In this document: positions 1 through 7,133 of the stretch, one piece after another
How the letters are laid out: each line of letters starts with the position of its first letter
How positions within the stretch are numbered: the first letter of the stretch is position 1
From: Rhodobacterales bacterium
GTDB lineage: Bacteria > Pseudomonadota > Alphaproteobacteria > Rhodobacterales > CAZPXZ01
Assembly: GCA_965217995.1 (NCBI GenBank)
Contig: CBDCKB010000004.1
Span: forward strand, 1,283,788 to 1,347,787
Length of the DNA: 64,000 nucleotides
Reading direction: 5' to 3'
Made by a program: the position numbers and the translations under genes
The notes under the pieces: model-generated
Told to the model about the DNA's origin: nothing
Seen by the model: only the letters and a program-made list of their open reading frames with translations
Databases searched by the model: none

Positions 1-369
1 ACGATCGGAACCTGGTTGTACACGTCCCTTTGGGGCCGTTCCGTCGGCCAGGATGAAGAGGGCAACACCTACTACCAGACGCGGGATGGCGGTCGGCGCT
101 GGGTGGTGTATGCAGGCGAATCGGAGGCCTCGCGGGTGCCCCCCGGCTGGCATGGCTGGCTGCACGGAACCCAGGAGCAGCCGCCGAGCGAAGCACCGCT
201 TTTGCGGCAGCCCTGGGAGCGGCCGCATATCGCCAACCGGACCGGCCTGCCGGATGCCTGGCGGCCCGCGGGCAGTCTGCATGGAGAGGCGGTGCGGCCG
301 CATGCAACCGGTGATTATGAGGCGTGGACGCCGCCTGGAACAGAGGAGCAAGAACGGGATGTCGCGTGA
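1..369 (+). CDS. NDUFA12-like (B17.2-like) NADH:ubiquinone oxidoreductase subunit family protein; 5' end probably outside the window
   Basis: The frame is open from nt 1 (TIGTWLYTSLWGRSVGQDEEGNTYYQTRDGGRRWVVY...PPGWHGWLH). This matches the conserved NDUFA12-family signature seen in alphaproteobacteria. Stop at 367-369. Confidence 0.75.
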   Translation, partial: TIGTWLYTSLWGRSVGQDEEGNTYYQTRDGGRRWVVYAGESEASRVPPGWHGWLHGTQEQPPSEAPLLRQPWERPHIANRTGLPDAWRPAGSLHGEAVRPHATGDYEAWTPPGTEEQERDVA

Positions 370-802
370 CTATTTGGAGACCGCGGTTGGCGGGCTGGTG
401 CTCGCTGCGGCGGTGGGATTTCTGCTCTATGTGAACGGTATCCGTGAGGGTTCTGCCGGTGACGGGAGCTACGAGCTGGTGGCCTATTTCGGCCGTGCCA
501 ACGGCCTCGCGGTGGGCAGCGAAGTGCGGCTTGCCGGGGTGCGTATCGGTTCGGTGCGCGAGGTCCGGATTGATTACGATCGCTACCAGGCCGAAGTGCG
601 GATGGAGGTTGCCGCCGCGTCCCGCATCCCGGAGGATTCGGCGGCTCAAATCCGCGGCGATGGCCTGTTTGGCGGTTCCTATATCGGGGTCGAACCCGGC
701 GCCTCGGATGAGATGCTGGATGCCGGGGAGGTTTTTGCCTTCACCCAGGGCGCGGTGGATCTTGTTGATTTGCTCGGAAGGGTGGTCGCCGGGGGTGAAT
801 GA
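359..802 (+). CDS. mlaD: MlaD-family (MCE domain) lipid asymmetry maintenance protein
   Basis: ATG at 359 inside ORF 53..802. MSRDYLETAVGGLVLAAAVGFLLY is an N-terminal TM helix, followed by an MCE-like core (YELVAYFGRANGLAVGSEVRLAGVRIGSVREVRIDYDRYQAEV). It overlaps the previous stop by 11 nt. Confidence 0.75.
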   Translation: MSRDYLETAVGGLVLAAAVGFLLYVNGIREGSAGDGSYELVAYFGRANGLAVGSEVRLAGVRIGSVREVRIDYDRYQAEVRMEVAAASRIPEDSAAQIRGDGLFGGSYIGVEPGASDEMLDAGEVFAFTQGAVDLVDLLGRVVAGGE

Positions 803-1565
803 AGCAGAGGGTGACGTCTGGCATGCTGGACGCTACAGCACGGATGCATGTTTTGTCAGCGCGGCCGGTGCCGATCTGATCGAATGGCTGGCCCCCCGCC
901 CCGGAGAGCGCATTCTTGATCTCGGTTGCGGCGACGGGGAGCTCGGTCGGCGGATTGAAGAATCCGGTGCTGGAGTTACCGGCATCGACGCTTCCCAATC
1001 CATGGTTGAGGCGGCCTGCGGCCGGGGTCTTGATGCCCGGCAGGGCCGTGCCGAGGCACTGGAATACTGCCGCGAATTCGATGCCGTGTTCTCGAATGCT
1101 GCCCTGCACTGGGTGCCGCAGGCGGACGCGGTGCTGGCCGGCGTCGCCCGGGCGTTGCGCCCCGCCGGACGGCTTGTGGTTGAGCAGGGGGGGGCCGGCA
1201 ACATTGAAACGGTGCGTCGGGCCTTGGCCGAGGAACTCGCGGCGAGTTGTCAGATGGCCACCGACCTGTCGGATGTCTGGTATTTCCCGGAACCGGAAGC
1301 GCATGCGGAGCGGCTGCGGGCGGCGGGATTCGAGGTCGAAAAGATGATCCTGTTCGAGCGACCGACACCCATCGGCGGGAGTCTGGAGAAATGGCTGCAG
1401 GCACTGGCGGGGCCGGTGCTTGCCAGACTGCCGCGGGAGAAGCATGCCGGGTTTATGGATCGGGTCAGCCAACGGGCGGCACCGGCTCTGCGCAGCCCGG
1501 ACGGCAGTTGGATACTGGACTATGTGCGTCTGCGTTATCGGGCCCGGCTGGTAGCGACATCATGA
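795..1565 (+). CDS. Class I SAM-dependent methyltransferase
   Basis: C-terminal part of ORF 444..1565. It has the SAM-binding motif ILDLGCGDGELG and a downstream FSNAALHW...LRPAGRLVV. The GTG start at 795 was chosen because it abuts the mlaD stop, so the start is uncertain. Confidence 0.7.
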   Translation: MNEAEGDVWHAGRYSTDACFVSAAGADLIEWLAPRPGERILDLGCGDGELGRRIEESGAGVTGIDASQSMVEAACGRGLDARQGRAEALEYCREFDAVFSNAALHWVPQADAVLAGVARALRPAGRLVVEQGGAGNIETVRRALAEELAASCQMATDLSDVWYFPEPEAHAERLRAAGFEVEKMILFERPTPIGGSLEKWLQALAGPVLARLPREKHAGFMDRVSQRAAPALRSPDGSWILDYVRLRYRARLVATS

Positions 1566-2002
1566 GCCGACGGTGCAGTACGGCTTTCGCGGTCGCACTC
1601 GCACTCTGGGCGGCACCGGGGGAGGCTTCGGGGATCACGGTGCAGCCATTGCCGGAGGTGGATTCGGAAGCGCAGGAGTCGGCTCCGCTGCCCCCCGGTT
1701 CGGCCACGGAGTTTGCCGTGCTGCGAGGGCTCGACAAGGTGACCGGACGGGCGGAGACCTTTGATGTCCCGATCGGCGGGGAGGTCGATTACGGCCGGCT
1801 TTTCGTGCGCGTCATGGCCTGTGACCAGACCGCTCTCGACGAGCCCTTGGAATCGGCGGCATTCCTGCAGATCCGTGACCCGGCGCGGGCGAAGGATGCG
1901 GAGATGGTGTTCAGTGGCTGGATGTTCGCGTCCTCGCCGGAACTCTCGGCGATGGACCACGTCCGCTACGACATCTGGGTGCTCAGCTGCAGGATTTTTT
2001 GA
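1562..2002 (+). CDS. DUF2155-like secreted protein
   Basis: ATG at 1562 forms an ATGA overlap with the upstream stop. Signal peptide MSRRCSTAFAVALALWAAPGEASG. The remainder (AVLRGLDKVTGRAETFDVPIGGEVDYGRLFVRVMACD...FSGWMFASSP) resembles the alphaproteobacterial DUF2155 family. Confidence 0.65.
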   Translation: MSRRCSTAFAVALALWAAPGEASGITVQPLPEVDSEAQESAPLPPGSATEFAVLRGLDKVTGRAETFDVPIGGEVDYGRLFVRVMACDQTALDEPLESAAFLQIRDPARAKDAEMVFSGWMFASSPELSAMDHVRYDIWVLSCRIF

Positions 2003-2706
2003 GGAAGGACCCCGTCGGCCATGGCCGCGAAATCCGCTTTCCGTCCGGTTGCGTGCGCAAGGCGGGCAAGGAACCGCTCATGCGGGATTTCCACAGCACC
2101 GAAAGAGAGCATGTGGTCACTGGTCTGCTGCGCGTCGAGCAGGTCGAAGCCGCCATAGCGCAGGCGGGCGACCAGGTGCACGAGGGCGACCTTGGATGCG
2201 TCCGTTGCCCAGCTGAACATGCTTTCACCGATAAATGCCGAGCCGAGCGCGAGGCCGTACAGGCCCCCGACCAGCTCGCCAGCGCACCGGGCTTCCACAG
2301 AATGCGCGAAGCCCTGCGCGTGCAGCTGGAGGAAGGCATCCCGGATCGGCTTGGAAAGCCAGGTTGTCGACCGCGCCGCGCAGGCATCAATGGTGCCGGC
2401 AAAATCGCGGTCGGCGGTAATCTCGAACTGCTGGCGCCGGACGGACCGGGCCAGCGAGTGGCTGACATGCAGCCCGCCGATCGGCAGAACGGGTCGCTGG
2501 TCGCGAGGCTGGACCCAGGTGACCCGCGGCTCTTCATCGGGATCGCCCATCGGAAACCAGCCGAGGGCGTAGAGCCGTAGCATGTCCAGCGGCGCGGGCA
2601 TTCCCTCGGAGTCGAAGTGGATCGCTTCTGTGGAGCGCAGCAGATCGGAAATCCGCGGAATCTGTGTGCGGCCGTCGGTGTCGCCCGCGTCAGCCATGAT
2701 CCGCAT
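1966..2706 (-). CDS. aat: Leucyl/phenylalanyl-tRNA--protein transferase
   Basis: ORF 1966..2844 (minus). It contains YALGWFPM, the GGLHVSHSLARSVRR-type segment, GELVGGLYGLALGSAFIGESMF and LDAQQTSDHMLSFGA. The start was taken at an internal Met (2706, alternative 2697) because upstream codons overlap accC. Confidence 0.85.
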   Translation of the reverse strand: MRIMADAGDTDGRTQIPRISDLLRSTEAIHFDSEGMPAPLDMLRLYALGWFPMGDPDEEPRVTWVQPRDQRPVLPIGGLHVSHSLARSVRRQQFEITADRDFAGTIDACAARSTTWLSKPIRDAFLQLHAQGFAHSVEARCAGELVGGLYGLALGSAFIGESMFSWATDASKVALVHLVARLRYGGFDLLDAQQTSDHMLSFGAVEIPHERFLARLAHATGRKADFAAMADGVLPQKILQLSTQMS

Positions 2707-4051
2707 CTGCGGTGTCACCGGCCAGCCAGGCCTCCAGCGAGCCGGTGTGGTAGGTGCCATTGATAAAACTCGGCTGCCGCAGAATGTCGCGGAACAGCGG
2801 CACGGTGTTGTCCACCCCTTCCAGGACGATCTCGGACAGGGCACCGCGCAGCCGCATCAGACATTCTTCGCGGTTGCGCCCATGGATCACCAGCTTGCCG
2901 ATCAGACTGTCGTAGTCGGGCGGAATCCGGGAGCCGGTATAGACCGCTGAATCCATCCGCACGCCCAGTCCGCCCGGCACATGATATTGCTCGATGCGGC
3001 CGGGAGAGGGAGCGAAGGTGGTCGGGTGCTCGGCGTTGATGCGGCACTCGATCGCGTGCCCCTGCGGCACGGCCTCCGATTGCGAGACGCTGAGCGAGGC
3101 CCCGTTGGCGATCCGGATCTGTTCGCGCACGATATCCACGCCATACACTTCCTCGGTGATGGGGTGCTCGACCTGCAGCCGGGTATTCATCTCGATGAAA
3201 TAGAAGCTTCCGTCGACGTGCAGGAATTCTATCGTGCCGACACCGCGATAGCCGATGCGTTCGGCCACCCGGGCCGCGGCGGCGCCCAGTTCGGCGCGGA
3301 CGCAGGCATTGAGCGCCGGCGACGGAGCTTCTTCCAGGATTTTCTGGTGTCGACGCTGCAGCGAGCAGTCGCGTTCGCCGAGATGGATCGTGTTGCCGTT
3401 GGTGTCGGCCAGGATCTGGATTTCGATATGGCGCGGGTTGATGAGAAGTTTTTCGATATAGACGGAGCCATCGCCGAAGGCGGCGGCCGCTTCACTGCTG
3501 GCACTGGCGAGGGCTTCGGCAAGCTGGGCTTCCGCATGGACCCGCTTCATCCCCCGTCCCCCGCCGCCCGCCGAGGCCTTGATGAGAATCGGGTAGCCGA
3601 TTTCGGCGGCGATGCGCCGGGCTTCCCCTTCCTCGGTGACCGGTCCGTCGCTGCCGGGCACGCAGGCGAGGCCGGCATCCTGCGCGGCCACCCGGGCCGC
3701 GGCCTTGTCGCCCATCAGGGCGATATGCTCGGGGCGCGGCCCGATAAAGACCAACCCGTGTTCCTCGACGATGCGGGCGAAGGTGGTGTTTTCGGACAGG
3801 AACCCGTATCCCGGATGCACCGCGTTGGCACCGGTCAGGTCGCAGGCACTGATGATCGCAGGGATGTTGAGATAGCTGTCCCGCGCTGGTGCGGGGCCGA
3901 TGCAGACGCTTTCATCGGCGAGCCGCACATGCATGGCATCATTGTCTGCGGTGGAGTGCACGGCGACCGTGGCGACCCCCATTTCCCGGCATGCCCGGTG
4001 GATGCGGAGCGCGATCTCGCCGCGGTTGGCGATCAGGATTTTGTCGAACAT
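2690..4051 (-). CDS. accC: Acetyl-CoA carboxylase biotin carboxylase subunit
   Basis: 453 aa, starting MFDKILIANRGEIALRIHRACREMG, with the ATP-grasp GGGGRGM loop and EMNTRLQVEHPITE. Confidence 0.97.
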   Translation of the reverse strand: MFDKILIANRGEIALRIHRACREMGVATVAVHSTADNDAMHVRLADESVCIGPAPARDSYLNIPAIISACDLTGANAVHPGYGFLSENTTFARIVEEHGLVFIGPRPEHIALMGDKAAARVAAQDAGLACVPGSDGPVTEEGEARRIAAEIGYPILIKASAGGGGRGMKRVHAEAQLAEALASASSEAAAAFGDGSVYIEKLLINPRHIEIQILADTNGNTIHLGERDCSLQRRHQKILEEAPSPALNACVRAELGAAAARVAERIGYRGVGTIEFLHVDGSFYFIEMNTRLQVEHPITEEVYGVDIVREQIRIANGASLSVSQSEAVPQGHAIECRINAEHPTTFAPSPGRIEQYHVPGGLGVRMDSAVYTGSRIPPDYDSLIGKLVIHGRNREECLMRLRGALSEIVLEGVDNTVPLFRDILRQPSFINGTYHTGSLEAWLAGDTADADHG

Positions 4052-4069
4052 GGTCGTCGGGGTTGTAGA

Positions 4070-4525
4070 TCAGTCAAGAATGACCAGGGGGGTTCCGTAT
4101 TCGACCGCTTCGCCGTCCGTCACCAGGATGCGCTGGACGATGCCGCTGCGTGGCGAGGGGATTGCGTTCATGGTCTTCATCGCGTCGATGATCAGCAGGG
4201 TCTGCCCTTCGTGGATCGGGTCACCGACCTGGATGTAGGGAGTAGCCCCGGGTTCCGGTGCCAGATAGGCGGTGCCGACCATGGGTGATGGCACGGCGTT
4301 CGCGTTGATGCTGTCGGCCGATTCCGGGGTCGTTTCGGGAGAAGGTGATTCGGTCGGGTGCTGCGGTGCCGCGGCCGCCATTCCCGCTCCGCGTGACACG
4401 CGGACCGCGAGGCTGGTGCCGTCGCCGTAGGCGCGGCGCACCGAGATCTCGTTGAGTCCGGTTTCCTCGAGCAGGGCGGCGAGGTCGCGGATGCAGTCTG
4501 CGTCTTCTTCGGGGAAACCGGTCAT
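4070..4525 (-). CDS. accB: Acetyl-CoA carboxylase biotin carboxyl carrier protein
   Basis: 151 aa with a Pro/Ala-rich linker and a biotinylation motif (IDAMKTMNAIPS). It lies directly upstream of accC. Confidence 0.93.
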   Translation of the reverse strand: MTGFPEEDADCIRDLAALLEETGLNEISVRRAYGDGTSLAVRVSRGAGMAAAAPQHPTESPSPETTPESADSINANAVPSPMVGTAYLAPEPGATPYIQVGDPIHEGQTLLIIDAMKTMNAIPSPRSGIVQRILVTDGEAVEYGTPLVILD

Positions 4526-4986
4526 TTGTGTTCCTGTCCTGCGCCGGACTGGTGATAGATCGCATCGAGGGCATAGACATAGCCATCGGCACCGAGACCG
4601 ATGATCGCGCCCCGGGCGGCGGCACCGATGCGGGTGGTCTGGCGGTAGTCTTCGCGTGCATGGATGTTGGAAAGGTGCACCTCGATCACGGGGCAGGCGC
4701 AGGCGCGGACCGCATCGAGGAGGGCGATCGAGTCATGGCTGTAGCCGCCGGCGTTGAGCGCCACGCCGAGGGCGCGCTTCGACGCCTCCTGGATCCAGTC
4801 CACCAGCGTGCCTTCGTGGTTGGTCTGGCGGAATTCCAGTTCCATTCCAAGGGTTTCGGCCCGCTTCCGGCAGAGGGTTTCGATTTCGGGGAGAGTCAGG
4901 CGGCCGTAGAGTTCGGTCTCGCGTTCTCCGAGCAGGTTGAGGTTCGGGCCATTGAGCACATAGGCAACGGGGAGAGAGTCGGGCAT
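4522..4986 (-). CDS. aroQ: Type II 3-dehydroquinate dehydratase
   Basis: ORF 4522..5025, with start taken at the Met of MPDSLPVAYVLNGPNLNLLGERE. Also has HLSNIHAREDYR. The aroQ-accB-accC order is conserved. Confidence 0.92.
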   Translation of the reverse strand: MPDSLPVAYVLNGPNLNLLGERETELYGRLTLPEIETLCRKRAETLGMELEFRQTNHEGTLVDWIQEASKRALGVALNAGGYSHDSIALLDAVRACACPVIEVHLSNIHAREDYRQTTRIGAAARGAIIGLGADGYVYALDAIYHQSGAGQEHK

Positions 4987-4991
4987 GGCGG

Positions 4992-5729
4992 TCAGTTCAG
5001 GCCGTTCCGGATGTGGGCAGCCCAATCGGCAAGATCCTGGCGGTCAAGATAGCCAGGCTGCACATCATCTCCAAGAATGAAGGCTGGCGTGCCCCGGATT
5101 CCGAGCTCCCGGGCGGTGGCGTAGTTTTGGGCGATCCGTTCCCGGATCCGGTCTGAGTCCATATCCTGGAGGAGCTGCGTGGGGTCAAATTTGTGCGTGC
5201 TGGCGAGGGCGAGCACAGTCTCTTCGTCCAGGGGTCCTTTATGGAAGAGCAGGTCCCGATGGAAGGCGAGATACTGTTCTCCGCGGTCCTGCTCGCTTGC
5301 TGCGATGGCAGCGCGTGCGGCCGTTTCCGAAGCCGGGCTGAGAATGGGAAATTCCTTCAGCACATAGCGGATATTGCCGTCCGCTTCGAGGAAGGCCTGG
5401 ATTTCGTGGAAGGCCCGCTGACAATAGCCACAGCGATAGTCGTAGAACTCGACCAGGGTCAGGTCGCCATCGGGGTTGCCGGCCACGACCGAATAGCCAT
5501 CGTCATAGACCTCGTCGGGATGGGCACGAATCCACTTGGCATTGGCGGCTTTCTGCCTTTCCTGTTGCTCCTGTCGCTGCTGGTTGAGGGTGTTGATAAC
5601 ATCGACGGCCAATTTCGGATTTTCCAGCAGATAGGCACGGATCTCTTCCGGGGAATGGGCCGCGGCCGGAGCGGCGGCAAGACAGGCAAGGAGCAGGATG
5701 CGGCTGGCGGTGTGGATTGGGCGGGGCAC
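4992..5729 (-). CDS. DsbA-family thiol:disulfide oxidoreductase (secreted)
   Basis: 245 aa with a signal peptide (ILLLACLAAAPAAAHS) and the thioredoxin-fold active site DYRCGYCQ. Confidence 0.85.
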   Translation of the reverse strand: MPRPIHTASRILLLACLAAAPAAAHSPEEIRAYLLENPKLAVDVINTLNQQRQEQQERQKAANAKWIRAHPDEVYDDGYSVVAGNPDGDLTLVEFYDYRCGYCQRAFHEIQAFLEADGNIRYVLKEFPILSPASETAARAAIAASEQDRGEQYLAFHRDLLFHKGPLDEETVLALASTHKFDPTQLLQDMDSDRIRERIAQNYATARELGIRGTPAFILGDDVQPGYLDRQDLADWAAHIRNGLN

Positions 5730-5731
5730 GA

Positions 5732-7072
5732 TCAGTTCTCTTGGATTGCGGTGTCCAGGACGGTCAGGATATCCTGGGCGCGGTGCCAGGTCGGGGACCC
5801 TTCGGTCGAGGCCGATTGGGCACGCTGCGCGAAGCGGACCGCGGAGGCGGCATCGCCAAGGATCAATCGCTCCTCGGCGGTCATCAGTGCCGCATGGGCC
5901 TCGTCGCCGACGCGGGCGAACGCGACGGCCAGCAGGCGCCGGGACGCCGGATCAAGATCATCCTTGGCTACTGCGCGCTTGAGGACCGCGCGCGCTTCGT
6001 CGTCGGCTTCCCGGGTCTGCAGGGAGAGCAGTGCCTGGCCCAGGCTGGTGAGGATCAGTGGCTCGTCGGGTGCCAGTTCAACGGCCCGACGGTAGGAGAG
6101 GACGGCCGGGCCAGTTGCCCCGCTCTCGAACAGGATCTGGCCCCGCAGCTCGTGATAGTAGGGATCGTCGGGGCGTTTCTGCAGCAATCGGTCGACCGTG
6201 GCGATGGCACCCTCCCGGTTGCCGGCCCGATGCCGGGCGATGGCGAGGCCGAGGAGGGCTTCTTCGGTATCGCTCCCTGCATAGCGGGCTTCCGCCTCGG
6301 CCGGAATTCTGGCAAGGAACGCACCCAGCTTGGTGCGTATCCGGGCGTAGCGGTAGTCTAGATCTGCATCCGTTCCGGCCCCGCGCTGCGGTGATTTGTC
6401 AACGAGATTCTGCAGGTTGCGAATCCGCTCGCTGGCGATGGGATGGCTGAGCGCGTAGGGATCGAGATCGCCGTAGGTTTCCTGCGTGCGACGTAGCATG
6501 TGCATCAATGTGAGTAGTGCGACCGGGTCGACACCGCTCTTTTCCAGAAAACCGACCCCCTCGGTGTCGGCCGAGGTCTCTTCGTTGCGGGTGTAGCGCA
6601 GGAATGTCTGCTGGGCGATCTGCTGCGAGGCCGTAGCTCCGGCGATCACCAATTCCGGTTGTCCGCCGACGATTCCGAAGAGCAGTGCGAGAGCCGTGAA
6701 GGCACTCGCCTGTGACAGGGCAGTGGTATATTGCTCGATACGCCGGATCACATGGCCGCTGGAGATATGCGCGGTTTCATGGGCAATGACCGAGAGCAGT
6801 ACGGGATAGGTTTCGCTGGCTTCGACCAGGCCGCTGTTGAGAAAAATACGGTTGTCGCCGGTCGCGACGGCGTTGATGCCGCGCGCATTGACGACCGCGA
6901 TGTGTACGGTTTCCGGGTCGAGGCCGGCGGCATGCAGCACCGGTTCCGACATGTCCCGGATTACGGCTTCGATTTCTGCATCGCGGATCAGCCACCCGCT
7001 GGCCGCCACCGGTGCTGCATGCCACATGCAGGCGATGGTTGCAGCCAAAATTCCGACGACGAGGCGGTTCAT
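5732..7072 (-). CDS. M48-family zinc metalloprotease with C-terminal TPR repeats
   Basis: The real start is the Met of MNRLVVGILAATIACMWHAAPVAASG (signal peptide), at 7072. The HExxH motif is present (IAHETAHISSGH), and the C-terminal half is TPR-like. The 781-aa track ORF extends upstream only because it runs antisense-frame through the rne repeats. Confidence 0.85.
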   Translation of the reverse strand: MNRLVVGILAATIACMWHAAPVAASGWLIRDAEIEAVIRDMSEPVLHAAGLDPETVHIAVVNARGINAVATGDNRIFLNSGLVEASETYPVLLSVIAHETAHISSGHVIRRIEQYTTALSQASAFTALALLFGIVGGQPELVIAGATASQQIAQQTFLRYTRNEETSADTEGVGFLEKSGVDPVALLTLMHMLRRTQETYGDLDPYALSHPIASERIRNLQNLVDKSPQRGAGTDADLDYRYARIRTKLGAFLARIPAEAEARYAGSDTEEALLGLAIARHRAGNREGAIATVDRLLQKRPDDPYYHELRGQILFESGATGPAVLSYRRAVELAPDEPLILTSLGQALLSLQTREADDEARAVLKRAVAKDDLDPASRRLLAVAFARVGDEAHAALMTAEERLILGDAASAVRFAQRAQSASTEGSPTWHRAQDILTVLDTAIQEN

Positions 7073-7133
7073 GCGCCGGGGTTCGGTGCGAATGCCCATA
7101 TCTGCGGCCCCGTCCTGGTGCATCCTCTTGCCG